Shown here: positions 1 to 13,371 of the stretch, piece after piece | How positions within the stretch are numbered: the first letter of the stretch is position 1 | How the letters are laid out: each line of letters starts with the position of its first letter | Source: Klebsormidium nitens | Taxonomy: Eukaryota; Plantae; Klebsormidiophyceae | Length of the DNA: 64,000 bases | Direction: 5' to 3' | NCBI GenBank assembly: GCA_000708835.1 | Contig: DF237085.1 | Span: forward strand, 62,001-126,000 | Program-made: the position numbers and the translations under genes | Notes under the pieces: model-generated | Told to the model about the DNA's origin: nothing | Seen by the model: the letters and a program-made list of their open reading frames with translations, nothing else | Database searches by the model: none

Positions 1-49
1 GAGACCGGCAACCTCAATAACCGGGATTCGATTTCTTGTCCCGACTGCT

Positions 50-1420
50 TGATACCGGTAGTATCCGGTACACATGCCTACAGCCTGCCTTAGAACGTAC
101 CGTACCTCCAATGTCACGGGTACCATAGGTACGTCCCTAGGCCTACTGCCTAGTACCTACCTATGCCCCGGCCCGAGTACCCACCGCACGTTGGCCTACT
201 GCGGGCAGCCTGTGGGCTGTGTCGGAGTGCCCCCGGTGAGTCAGTAATGCATGGTATGCTACGGTACCAACTTGCATGTTCGAGTTCGCACGCTGGCTAC
301 CTACCCACTAGTAGGCCCTAGACTCGTCGTGACGTTTCTGCATTCAAACTTCTCTCAAACTTCTTCGGAACAAACTAGGTAGGTACCTAACCCAATTTTG
401 GTTGTAGGCTGGTCTCCGAAAGCTACCAGAGGGAGCGGTATCTGCAAGGACTTAAACCCTCCTGTAGATTCGTAACCCAGGTTGAAGATTTGGCGTTTGC
501 GGTAAACGCCGGCCGGCACGTTTGAATTGTACAAACGTGCATGCACAAATGCACAAATGCACATTGTACATGATAGGTACCTACGGAGTGCGCATGGAAT
601 CCCGGTAGGTCATATAGGGATAAACTTTAATAGTAATAAGGAACTTAAGGTACACGAGTACGGGTGCGGTTAGTTTGGTGGTTAGGGTGGGTTCGGGTGC
701 GGAGCAGGTGAGTTTGTTCGTAGGGTTTTAGTGTTGGTTAAGCCAAGAAATTGAGTACTTCAGTACCTAAGATCCTTATTACTATTAGAGTTTATGGTTA
801 TGGTCGTAGTGGCACGACCCATTCGCACCAAAAAAATTCGTAAGGCCTTGGTGCGAAAAAATCCGGAAATCATTTTGAGCTTGGTGCGAAATGGCGAAAT
901 GGAAATAAACCCAAATGAAGCCTAAAATCGCGTAAAAATAGGCTAAAACACTACAAATTTGCTCTCGTGCGAAAACTAAATATCCCCCAAAACCTTTGTG
1001 CGAAATCAGAAAGGGAAAAAAAATAATTTTCGTAAGGGCTTGGTGCGAATGGGTCGTGCCACTACGGTAGGTCATTGAAATTGGTGAAACTTGGTAGCCT
1101 GAGCCTGAGGTCCTGGGCTTCATATACGGTACGCAGTGCCGCCGCACTGCGGCCATACCTACCTATTGTGACTGTGAGTGGCTGAGTGGTTGCAACTACC
1201 GTACAATCCTATCCAGGATGATTTCACTTGGGGATTCAGTCCCATGAAACAGCTCACGTCCATTGCCAGGTGCCAAGCTGAGAGCATGCTGCTTTCGCAG
1301 CTTTCGGCAAGTGGCACGTTTGGCGCCGCGCGGAGCGATTGCAGTGAACCGGTGAACCACCTACCTAGGAGGCTACTACCTACCGACCTAGATCCAGACT
1401 ACCCACCTAACTACCTATGT
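50..1420. repeat. Degenerate GGTAC/CCTAC-rich repetitive DNA surrounding the MITE (possible older TE remnant)
   Basis: Dense recurrence of gtac/cctac/ggtagg words on both sides of the MITE and an atgcacaa triplet at ~541-565. No credible ORF. Confidence 0.35.
805..1066. mobile_element. MITE (262 bp) with perfect 27-bp terminal inverted repeats
   Basis: CGTAGTGGCACGACCCATTCGCACCAA (805-831) is the exact reverse complement of 1040-1066. The interior is A-rich and non-coding, with about five GTGCGAA(A) motifs (~851, 883, 967, 998, 1043). Only a 2-bp GT is shared by both flanks, so the superfamily is unassigned. Confidence 0.85.
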
Positions 1421-3647
1421 GATGATCTTTGTAGCCTGCTGATTCCGTGCTTGATTCAATGGCGTTGAACCCTCTAACAGCCCGTTTTTGAGCTTCGCTG
1501 CACTGATTGAATTTGAGAAGAATCATGCAGGCGTGGTCGGGTTTTGAGAGAAAGAGTGAAAAGGCTTTGGGGTGTTAGTCAGTGACATTGTGGGGCCGAT
1601 TCGTGAGCTGCTGTTCAGCTGTTACTCCGAAGCGGCTGGAAAGCTAGTCTCTCCAGGTACATTACCAGTTTCTCCAGGTGTGAAAACACATGTTTGAACA
1701 TCTAGCAGGCTGAGGAAGCAGCTGCTTCGTAAAATGAATCTGGTGGTGCATCTTCAGATCCAGTGACGTTATAGAGTTTCTTACATCACAAAATCCATGC
1801 ATTGAAGTGTATTTCACCAATGTGGCGCGCAGCCGCTTATCAATTACAAAGGGCGGGTTATGCCCAGCCGGCTTCGCGAGTCAGCGAAAATTATAAAGGC
1901 GTGCATTGATCTGGCCTTGACGAGGCCTCATTGTCAGGTAAGCTGCCAATGCCACTGCATTGCAGACACGTTGCAGATTGTCTTTATTTGCTGTGGATTG
2001 GATTCGTTGTAGCTCCTTCTGTGAAATCTGTTGACACTGGTGGTGCAGAATAAAACTCTGTTTTTACTGTATTCGAATGACTCTATAGCCCCCACAATCG
2101 CTCACTTTGAGGCTACATCAGATTGCAAAGGATCCACTCATGAAAATCGTATCACTCTCCTAATGATGGCCCCTGCGTTGCCCAACATATGCTGGGCAGT
2201 GACTCTTCCAACCTCAGAATGCCGATTCATCAGCAATCGGTGTCCGGCCCACAGCTTAGCAGTCTAATGCAAAGGCGGACATTAAGCTAAACTGCAACTG
2301 GGAGAGTCCAAGTTGAAGCCTTTCTGGTTTTTTAGAAGTCAATACTTTCATTGGTATAGTGTCCAGGCTAGGCGCTGAATGCATTATCCCTGGTAAGGGC
2401 CGGGTATGCCAAAGCATCAGTGTTATCGAGTGGTTACAGGTATGCCAACTTGAATTGGCTCATGGCGAAACTAATCGGGCACACAGGCTGAACCTCCCAA
2501 GCTCAAATGCATTCAGAGTCAAACAATAAGCTTGTTATGGGGCCAGGAATTCAATTACCATCCTTGTTATGCCGCTTGATTGATTGTTTGTCTAGGAGAG
2601 GAGATCCAGTTTGAAAACTTTGGGTATTCAGAAGTCCAGCACATTTTTAGCCTAGAGACACCTGGGCGATTGAATGGGCACATTTTTTCCAACATCAGTA
2701 CAATGCACCAAAGGCCTTTGTGTTCGCATGCAACTCGACCTTTCAGCGCCATCCCCTTTTACACATTCTCGTCGGGTCCACACAAATTGAGCGGTTCTGA
2801 AGAAAACCAGATTTGGTTTCTGCCATATGCACAAGTTCTCTTCAACGGTCAATTCTTTTACTTTGAAGCTGGTAGTGCAAAAGTTTACGTTTGACTCGAG
2901 AAGAACGACAGAACAGCAGTGATACCCTGCTCCACTGAGAGAAACTCAGTGCTGCAAAGCTACGGGTCCATTAGCAGCTTACACTGATGGAGGGCTGGTA
3001 TATACAAAGGGCAGGGTAAGATGAGCCCAATTTTGGAGACAGCTTGGTGAAGAGGGCTATGCGGACGCGGGCCATCATTGTAACGCCCTGTTCCGCAGTC
3101 CTCAATACTCTTGCCCATTGCGCCTGCTTGTTGCATTTTTCAGTGTGCATCCAAGAGCCTGGCGCTGCTGAATGATTGCTTATCCTCCGCTTTTGCCTAT
3201 TTGGTCAAGGAAAAGTTGGGGAAAAGTCCTTACCTGATATAGCCCATCCCAGATCAATAGGCAATTCTTCCTATCTCCCCAAAACACCAGTGCACTCTGA
3301 TAAGCAGCATGGCACTGGTTTGATCAGTGACAGGTGTACGCTGAAGGACAGATGGAAGAGGTACCGCTTTCTGCCAACGCTGTGCTTGACAACACGTAAT
3401 GTACAAGTTCCTCTCCCTGCAGTGATTGCACAGCTAAATCTTGGGGCGGTCATCTTGGGGGCGGGGGCAGGGCGCTCACTGCTTCAGCAAAATTGGTCTT
3501 TGACACCTGGCCATTTGTTACGGTGATATATGTTGTTTTATCAGGCGTGCGCGCTATCCCAAGCAGCGAAACAAAGGGAAATTCTGTAAGAGAAACAACC
3601 ATGCTCTGAAGCTTTGAAGAACTGCCCATGCAGAACGGGCGCCTGTA

Positions 3648-6600
3648 ATGGGGTTCCTCAAGAGGTTATTCAGTGGGGGCAGTGCGCAGCCGAGGGGGGG
3701 GGTGCAACGCCCGGGCACTGCACCCCCCCAAAGGACAGGGAGCGCACCTGTACTGCGCCAGAATGCGGCGCAGCAGCAGGCTAACTCAAGAGAAGTCAAG
3801 CTGGCAGACTTGGTCAACTGGACCAACCTCCAGAGGCCGCGGACAGCTCTTGACGACAAGGTAAGGTGACGTCTTCCTTGTGGGGCTCAATGTTGAGACC
3901 TTGGATGGTTCCGCTGGCAACACCTACTGTCGGAGAAAGTGCGGGCCAGAAAAAGATGCTCTCTTGGCAGCCAAGTTGGGGCCCTCGTGCCAGTGGAAAG
4001 AGAGTGCCAAAGACGAGGCCAAATCATGGGGCAGTGCCGTTGCTGGTGGCCTTCTTTTTGGAGGGCCTGGCCTCGTGTGCAATGGAGGACTCCCCCGAGA
4101 TCCTGTGTCCATCCTCGACTGGTTTGCGTATCTGCTGTCATAGCAAGTGCTTGGAAAATGGTCTTAGTGCGCAGCATGTGCCTTCAGTGTGAGGCAGAGC
4201 TTCAAGCCCCGAAGACGGCGAATGTTGAGCACTCGGCCATCTGTGGCGAGCTCATGCTTTGGAAGATAAGCCTCTGAGTGTCAGCGAGTAGAATTGACAA
4301 TGGAAGACCAGTAGAGTTCAATGGATGCAGGTCTGTTTTGGGGAGCCCCTAGTGCATAATACATTGCGCCCCTTCTGAAACCTGCAAGTACAAGATTCGT
4401 AGAGGTAGTGCCAGTTGTTGGAATGCACTCACTGCGCTGGATTGTGCTGACGTCAGGCTGATCACTGCAGGCTGAAGCACGGCGGCGAATGGCGGAGTGG
4501 ACCAGGCAAGGAAGGGGAGAGACAGAGCGGGAAGACCATGTTCTGATAAAAGCGGCGGAAGGATCAAGTGAGCACTTGCACACGCTATGACTGCTGGCAG
4601 ACAGTCCTTGCCCTGACTCCTATGTAACCTGCTAGCTGTTGTGTAATACTCTCATGTCTTAGTCAACCTCTCTCAGTAGTCGGACCACTGAATTTCAGCT
4701 TGATCAATAAGTGATGTTCGGACAACTTTTCTCTCCCCCTGTTGCAGTCTCCCTAGAGAATTATCCCATTCAAGTGCTGCAGTTCTTATTGAACCTTGAC
4801 TGTGCAGCCTGGAGTCTGCACTATCCCACCCTGCGGTCGGGGCATGCCTACCTTTCACAAGTCTTTGAGCTGCGGGAACTCCAGCTAGCCACCCGGGGGT
4901 TCCACCAGGCAGACCTAGTCGGAGAAGGGGGCTTCGGCAAGGTGTTCAAAGCAGTCCTGACAGACGGCCGGGTGGCGGCGGTGAAGCAACTAGACCGAGG
5001 CAGGACGCAGGGGGATCAGGAGTTTTGGGTGGAGGTGAGGGGCATGCTGGACCTCAGCTTGCATAGTGTTGGAAGCTTGTCCTAGCGAGCGTGCTGACAT
5101 AAGCTGGTGCTCGTGACTGCTTGCTGAGGAGGTTCGTGGTGAAGGAGTGAAAGTTGTAATGACCAGCCCCTGCTTAGCTAGCACGTGTCAAGTGGGGCTC
5201 CTGTCAATCAGGCTTGATCCACAAGCCGCTGATGCTGCACACGATCTGATTGTTGCTGTTCCTATCTAGCTCCAGCTCAATATTAGGCTGACATAATGAA
5301 AACATCTTAACTTACTTTGATCTATGCTAAGCTGGCTGAGCGCAGAGAGCAGGAACAGCACTAAGCAATCTGTACCACACTTCCAGGTTGAGATGCTGAG
5401 TAGGCTGAGGTCCCCCCACGTGCTGACCCTGTGGGGCTTCTGCGCGGAGAGCAACCAGCGGTTGCTGGTCTACGAATACATGCGCAATGGGAGCCTGCAA
5501 GACCAGTTGCATCGAGATGGTAAGAATCGTGACTCTTGCTCAGATGAATTCGAATTTGCTAACATGAAACGACAGGTAATCAGAGACAGGCTAGAGACAC
5601 ACGGGAATGAGAACTCTGGCAGGACGATGGTGAGATGGAATTGTGGATCCGATCAAAAGGAAGGTCGAAATGAGGTCGAAGGAAGACGAGAAGTATTGAG
5701 ATGGGACGAACTCGGACCAATATCAGAACGAATAGGGGTGAGCACGAGGCTAAGTCCAACAGACCGAAGTTTGACAAAGACGTTACTGAATCAACCCTGA
5801 ACGAAGCAGAGTCGATTTCGACCAGAAGGAAGAGCAGTGAAAGTCCAGAACGAATTTGAAAAGCGACCTCGAAGTACCAGCTCTTCATTGAAAGAGGGAA
5901 GATAAAACAGCAAGGAGACCATGTGTACACTGACGGTCCAAGCCTCAACCTCGCGTCGCCCTTCCCCTGCAGAAAAAATGATGGGCCGGCCCCCCTTGGA
6001 CTGGCCCGCACGGTTACAGATCGCTCTGGACGTCGCCTGTGCATTGGAATATCTGCACGAGGTGGCGCAACCCCCTGTCATTCATGGAGACCTCAAGTCG
6101 AGCAACATTCTTTTGGACTTTGATTTCAAGGTGAGCACGGCATGCGCCGTCGATGCTGGGAGCCTGCGACTGATTTTCTCGGCCATCTAGTCTGGTTGCG
6201 AACAGGAGTGGAGACGTTTTTGTCTGTCCTCGTCCGGCAAACATGTGCCTCCCCTCCTGGCTTAGGAAAACGCAATTGAAAGTTGATAAGAAAGGAAGCC
6301 TGCAAATCTCTTCGAACGATTTGCAGAGTACTCTTCAAACGCTAGAAAGTGGGTGGAATAAAAAGCTGACACAGACTCTGACCGCTTTTAAGCCCTGGAT
6401 TGTGCATAGATCGATTCATTTGAAATCGATGCCCTGACTGACAGCACCAAAATCTCAGCGGTGCTTTCAACCATTCAGCGATCCTGGCCCCTCGTGACAT
6501 TACTGCAAGGGATCATCAAATCGGACCGCGGGGCTTTGGAGAAATGGACAAAGAAGGCTGCACATCGTCCTTACTCCTGCTCTCACTCAACCATTATCAA

Positions 6601-9600
6601 GCGCGCGAGTCAGAAACTCGGCTTCCCAAGCGCCACAGTCGCCTCTTAGAACCGCTTTCGGACCCTAGAACACTACTGTAGCAACGCTCTCAAGAGCCTC
6701 AAACCCTGTAACCCAAATCCTTAGGCCAGACCTTGAGAGCCTAAGCTGAAACATTTTCCAGGCGAAGCTAGCCGACCTGGGCCTGGCGAAACGCGTTCCG
6801 GCGGGGGGCCAGGTCCGCGCGGACGTCCTGGGCACGCACGGCTACTGCGCGCCGGACTACGCCGCGACCGGGCGCATGACGACCAAGAGTGACGTGTACA
6901 GCTTCGGGGTGGTGCTGCTGGAGCTCATCACGGGGCGCGCGCCGCTGGACTTGAAGAAGAAACGGTCACTTGTGTCGTGGGTGAGTCTCGAGGACAAGAT
7001 TCGGAGGCAAGGAACGGCTAATGCATTTTCCAGATTACGAGTAGGTAATGAGAGTATACTCTCCGTATCGTGGAGCTTGGTTTGCGGCTCTGGCGGGTCG
7101 GCGTTGCTTGATCGTGGGAGCATTTGCGATTTCAGAAACGGAACCGGCCTCTGTTCCAAAAGAGTCCGGAACCACCGAGCCCGACCTGCTTGCCTGCAGG
7201 GTCAAAATGTTGGCCAATCAGAACGCCCAGATGGGAATCGATCTGTCGTAAGTCTCAAAAGCTCGGATCTTCCAGTGACAGGCGGGAGTAACCGGGTCCC
7301 TCATCAAGCGTTTCCACTTGCGTCAAGCTGCTCAAGGCGCTTGCTAACCTCCTCAAACCCCTCCCCGGCAAAGACTAACCCGCGCCTAGTCAGGCCCCTT
7401 TTGCTGAACAACCACCGCTTCCCTTGAACCCTAGCTTGCTCACCTCCTCAACCCCCTTGTTAAGCTGCTTCGACACCCACTAGCCCCTCTGTACCCCTCC
7501 CTTAAACCAGGCACTCCCCCTGCTGCGCGACAAGCGCGGGCTGGCCAAGATGGTGGACCCTGCCCTGGAGGGTTGCTACTCGATGAAGGACCTTTGCCAG
7601 GTGGCGGCCATCGCGACCCTCTGCTTGCAATCCAAGGGCGAGTACCGGCCGTTGATGGGGGATGTCGTCACCAGCCTGCTCCCGCTGGTCATCAACTCGT
7701 ACAACGGGGCGGAAGGTTTCGCCTCGGAGCTGGAGGAGGTAACTTTATATCCGCTTTTGCTTGAATCATCTTGCGACCTTTTGTATGCAAGGTATCCTTC
7801 TTCTGTGGCCGACATCGGTTTGAGTCTGGCATAGTTTTAGTCGTGCTCTATCGTCTAGATGCAGTTGTGTTGACCCGTACAATGGCCAGATTCTCAAAGC
7901 AAGCTCTTCACTTTTGCGGGTCAATTTTCGTGAAGAGGACTTCGTTTGAAGCATGATACAGCAGCCGGTTTTAGAACTACACAGCCAAAACCTCAAGCAA
8001 CGGCAACGGCTTCAGTAGCCAGCTTCTGCATCATGACCATTGAGCTCGTTCAGCAGCGAAACCCTCATGCTTTCCCAACAGTCAACTCCCTTCGCCCCAA
8101 CATCATTCACATTCACAGAGACAAAGTTCGATGTAAACCCGTTGCACAGTCGAAGCTGCCCGACACTAAAGCCACACTCGAAGCTCTATTACGTCACACT
8201 TATAACGTCGTCTGCAAAATTCGCTTCCTGCAGTTGCTGGGAATCAAGCAGCAGCAACAAGCGAGTCGGGAGCAGTCCGCGTCCGAGGCTCAGCCCGGTT
8301 CGGTTCACCGGGCGTTTTTGGCCGACGGCCGGGAGGTCATTCTGGCGGAAGTGGGCGGGGCCTGGGTGCGGCTGGCCAAGGAAGAGTTTGCGACCGAGGT
8401 CAGTCACAGCCGCCAGAATCCGCCGTGTTGGTTGCACGGCATGGGAGCAAATTCTGGATCTGAGAATTTGTGAGAACATTTCTAATTTAGCAAGGCAGGC
8501 TTTGGCTATCGAGAGGCCTGGCGATTCTCCGGCGCCACGGTGGGAATGTAAGGACTCACCCAGCCTCTTCATGGGGTGCTGAATTGAATCAGTGTATGTG
8601 AAGCTTACAACTCTTTGTCAAGTGGAAGGCAAGCAAAGCTTCGGGACAAAGTTTGCCTGGAGGCAGCATTCGTTCAATCCTACTCCAGAAAGATGTCTGG
8701 GGACTGTGGCTACCTGACCCCTTCGACCAAAACAGGAAAAACCATCCGAACGGCTGGAGACTCTGGATTGCAGGATTTTCCGTTGTATGCGCCTCTTTTG
8801 GACTTAGTTGCTTTGTTGGAAAACCACTGTAAAATTCCCTACGAACACATGTTTAAATGCTTCTCTTCCCCCCTTTGCAGGCCACAATAATGACCCAGCT
8901 CAGCTCGCCGCACCTGCTGACCCCCTGGGGCTACTCCTCCAGTCCCGCTCACCGGCTGCTCATGTTCAACTCCGTGCCGAACGGCAGCCTGGAAGAACGC
9001 CTTGGTACAACGGGTGAGTTCTCAAGAAAGCATCCTTTGGTTTTGAAGCGGGTCAAGGAATCTAACTTGGATATCGGAATTTGTTTGACGGATTTCGTGG
9101 GCAATGGATCTAAGACGCGCCAGGTAACTCTGGTTCAGCAAACGGCCGCTGGATGGGACGCCACGTCAACCGTATCAAACAGAGTCAACGGCCATTCTGG
9201 GCTCTCTCCACAATCTAAATGTTTCTGTTCAGAGGGACATCTATCACTGCCACTTGACTGAGTCCAACGTTCGAGTTTCTGTCAATCGAATCCGCAAAAA
9301 GCCGCACCTTTTCAACCGCCCTTCTTCTTTCGTGCCGTTTTCAGGTGCGCCCAGGAGTCCTCGGCCCTTGGACTGGGACACGCGCGTGCAGGTCGCCCTC
9401 GATTGCGCTCGGGGACTCGGCTGCCTCCACGAGAAAGGGCTGGTGCACGGCGACTTCAGGGCGACCAACGTACTCCTGGATCAAACCAACACGGTAAGAG
9501 GAGAGGGAGGGAAAAGGAACCTCGCGCAAGGACTGCGAACTTTCGAATGCCTGTGAGACAAAGGCGACATAGAAAGGTTGAGCATTCATGTATTGACAAG

Positions 9601-12600
9601 CAAGGAGGTGGAAGCATGGATCGCAGTCGGAAAACATATTGCGGTGAAAGGGGAGAGCATTGAGAAGAGGAAGATAAAGCAGGAGGGGAAGCCAAGGAAA
9701 TGCTTTCTAGCAACTGAGAAAGGTTGGCGAAAGAGGTGAAAGAATCAGGGAGGAGGCTTGTTGGAAGTCCATAATGTGTTGCTTCAAAATCGGGCTTGAA
9801 TCTGGTAATGTTTCGGGACAGCGTAATCCGATAATCGAGTAGGATGCATCCCTCGTGTTTCGATTCCAGGCGCAAGTTTCGGCGTTTGGAGTGACGAAGC
9901 CCAGCACCGGCAGGAGAGGGGCCGTTTGCCACGTGGCACCCGAGGCGGCTTTCACGGGGACGGCCACGCCGCGAAGTGACGTGTATAGCTACGGGTTGAT
10001 GCTGCTGCAGCTGATCACGGGAGAGCACCCGGCGGGGGCAAACCCCGTAGCCTGGGTGAGAACCTGACCTGCGACCCCCTGAAAATGTTACGCGCCGAAC
10101 GGCATCCTTTACCAATTCGCCATGCAAATGCGTCGTCAACCTCGATGCGCTTATTCGAGTCTTTTCGAGATTCATCTTTCGTGCCAACCTTTGTCTCCCG
10201 CAAAATCCAGACGACTTGATAAGCCGACGTTTCTATCGAGTCGGCAGACCAAATTTGTCCTCCTGTCGTTCTCAGCAACACTGACGGAATCACACGCATC
10301 GCCCGCAGCCCTTTCCTTTCTCCGTTTTTCCGTCCGTTGCGCCTCTAAGCCACGTTCCTGGTCCACGTAACCCACTAGTTGTTTTGAGCATCCTTCTGAA
10401 CCTGAACTTTCATAGGCAGCTGCTTCGGTTTCACAAACCCCAATTTCGAAACCCTAACCCCCTTTTCCATCCTCCCCATAGGCTATGTCTCTGGTGACCG
10501 ACCACAAGCGCCTGGCCCACGTGACCGACCCGCACCTGCAAGGCCAGTACCCCTTCCGAGACGTCAGCCACGTGGCAGCCATCGCGGCCATGTGCCTCCA
10601 GCCGGAGCCTGCCCACCGTCCGTTGATGACCGACATCGTGACGAGCTTAATGGGGATTGCAGGCAGACCCAAAACCGTGGTTCCGCCTCAGGAAAGGGGG
10701 GCCGGAACGCGGGCGGCTGAGGGGGTAGCGCGCAGCGCACCGCAATTGGAAGAGGTGGGGCCATGTCTGTGCGGCGTGTGTGGTCTCTTCGACTCATCGA
10801 GTTTTGCGGGGAAACTTGGAACTTTTTATTCCTGTTGCTTGGTCACGCTCCAAGTCAGAAATAAGGCCGTGCATTGGTTTGGGTGTGCGGTGACGTTTTT
10901 GGAACTGGGAACGCCTCGGAGGCCTCCAAGCACTTGGAAACGTACAACTTACCCGCCTGGAAGGCAGTGATGGGCTTTTGCAACGTCAGTCATCGACCGC
11001 GAGCAAACACTGATTGCGTTTTCTGGTCGTGCTTACAGCTGGCAGTCCCAGAGGATGCACACCTTTGTCACGCTGAAAATTCGGACATCTCAGTAAGTTA
11101 CGGGGATTCCGTGTCAGAGAATCAATCTTCAGTGCTTAGCTTTACTTGGGAGATACCCTTTACTGCACCCTACCTGGCATCTGCCTTGCACATTGTTCGT
11201 GCTGGCAACCTGGTGTCCTGAGCAACGTTGACCGTTTGGAAGTCCCTCGCTGTGGGGATTCCCTGACGGACACGTGTCCTCCTGCTTCGTGCAGGTCTTT
11301 GGCGAGCGCACGCCCGCGGCCGCAGACTACTGCGAGCCGGACGATTTTAGCAGCGACGAGCTGCAGATATCGCTCAGGCAAAGGTCGCCGGTAAGTCTTC
11401 CCCCAGTCGTTCGCCCACCGCATGCAGATGGCGTGACCACAAGAACCCAAGTTGTCAGACCCTTAATCTTCTCCGCGGTTTTATTTAATCTGATGAACGC
11501 GATGTGATTCCGCTGTCGGCTTGCTTTCGAGCACTTCTTGGCGCAAGACGGCCCTTTACGGTGCTCAGCAAACCACCAATGCGAAGGCGTGCCAGCCAAA
11601 GGGTTGAGAGGCACGTCTTCGTTTCAGTATTTGTGTCACACACCCCGCAAACGAACGCCTCTCAGTCGCCGTTGCACGAGAAGCATCATACTGCATCTTA
11701 CCATGGATAAAGGAGGGCTAAGGGATGAAACGCGCTTCAGGGAGTAAAAGGAGGAGGGGGAGTAAGAAAAGTCGCAGCAAACAGTCAGGGCCGAGGAAAA
11801 TTTCAGAAGGTGGGGAGACGCTGCGCTCTTCAAAAGATGCTACTCAGTTGCATCTACGGACTGACGGAGCGCATGTCTGGCTTTGCAGGCCAAACCTCGA
11901 AAGATGCCGCTTGTGTCGACGTCCGAAGACTCGGAGGGCGAACAGCATCCAGTCATCTCACGACAACACGACGAGGAGCTGGTGACCGAGGTGAGGGCTC
12001 GGGAGGCTTCCCAGAGCTATGCTTTGTATTATCCAGATGTCCAGTTTCAATGTCTTCAGCCCTTGTCTGAGGGTTTCGAAGCTTTTTCGATCTTGGAATT
12101 GCTCAGTTTGTGGGTTTTCACCTCTTTTAGTCACAGCTTCGAGGCTTCAGGTTTTCATTCACTTCATAGATGGGTGAAAAACGCATCCTCGATTGCAAGG
12201 CCGTCGTTCCAGTTCGCAGTGGTCTCTGAGCACCTCGCCTCTCGACGGCTCTCGTTTCTCTCGTTTCATTTTGGACGTGCATAAAAGCTTCGGTTTCTGC
12301 GGGGCTATATTTCCAAAGGCACGAAGACAATCCCAAGGTGGCAAACCCCTGAAGTTCCGTCGTTCCGCCGTTCCGCCCCGCAGCCGTCCAGCAGCCGCAC
12401 CGCGTTCTTGCTACGCGACGAGTTTCCGCTGTACGAACGTGACGGCCCGCTGTCCGACGCGGACGATGCGGACTTCGCGTCGGACCGCGAGGAGCAGTTC
12501 CTGGACGAGGACGATGACGTCAGCGACCAGGGCACCGGCGCGCCGTCCGTGCACGACGGCTGGAAGTCTACCCCCTCCGGCCAGGTGGGGATGCGCGCCG

Positions 12601-13371
12601 TTGCCTGGCTTGAGTGCGGCCTTTTGCGCCTCCTCGGTCGCTTTTATCGCTTGGTCGCTTTCTTGCTTGTTAGAAAAGAGCGCTTTTCGTTGAGTTTTCG
12701 GTTAGCTGATTTCACGGTTAGCGCGGGGCTTCGCCGAGCGGACCTGCGAGCGGACTGTTCGGAGGAGACGAGGTGCTGAGCGAAAAGTTCAGATGCGTCC
12801 TTGTGTCGTAGCGACCGCTCTTGACACCCTGGGCTGTGGTATGCTTGTGACTTCGATGGAATACTGCCTCCGCGCCCCGCCGTTTGAATGTCCACACGCC
12901 AAAACGAGACGCTCAGAAGATGTTTTCGGCCAGAACGAGCCAATCCAAAGCAGCCTCCCTCTTTCCGCCGAGTTGCGCGCCGGCATTGCACAACCCGTCC
13001 GCTGACGTCACCTCCACGTCAACAAGCCGTGCTCTGACGTCACCTCCACGTCACCTTCCCTCCCCCAGGTGTACGTCAGCCGGGACTACGACTTCGCGGA
13101 GCTGCAGGCCAGCACCGACGAGTCCAGCAGCGCCTTCGAGAGCGACGCCCGGGGATCCTCCTCCGCGAGGGGCCGCCACGTGGCAGCGCCGGGACCGTCC
13201 GTCCGATCGCACCGGCGCCAACGGTCGTTCGAGTTCGACGACGCTCTGCGCCGGGAGGTGAAGCTGTGGCCGATTGGCTCCACCCGGAGTGACGTGGGCG
13301 TGGCGTCCGTTGGCCGCTTTCGGCGCGGACGGCCCGCGAGCGCGCGCGGGCCGTTGTTTGGGGGGAGATGA
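3648..13371 (+). CDS. Receptor-like cytoplasmic tandem kinase-pseudokinase (RLK/Pelle family), multi-exon
   Basis: N-terminal exons 3648-3860 (MGFLKRLF...) and probably 4471-4567. Kinase 1 exons: 4808-5034 ([13 protein letters not shown]), 5387-5519, 5973-6130 (HGDLKSSN), 6762-6980 ([19 protein letters not shown]), 7511-7738. Kinase 2 exons: 8234-8398, 8881-9013, 9345-9493 (HGDFRATN), 9870-10055 (SAFG, APE, SDVYSYG), 10482-10754. All are GT-AG and phase-compatible. Probable acidic/Ser-rich tail exons at ~11298-11390, 11890-11991, ~12394-12584 and 13070-13371; these and the final stop are less certain. Confidence 0.85.

Noticed and set aside
3866-4277. Several overlapping 87-112 aa ORFs after kinase exon 1
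   Set aside because: No recognisable domain, and they lie between a good donor (3861) and acceptor (4470). Treated as intron.
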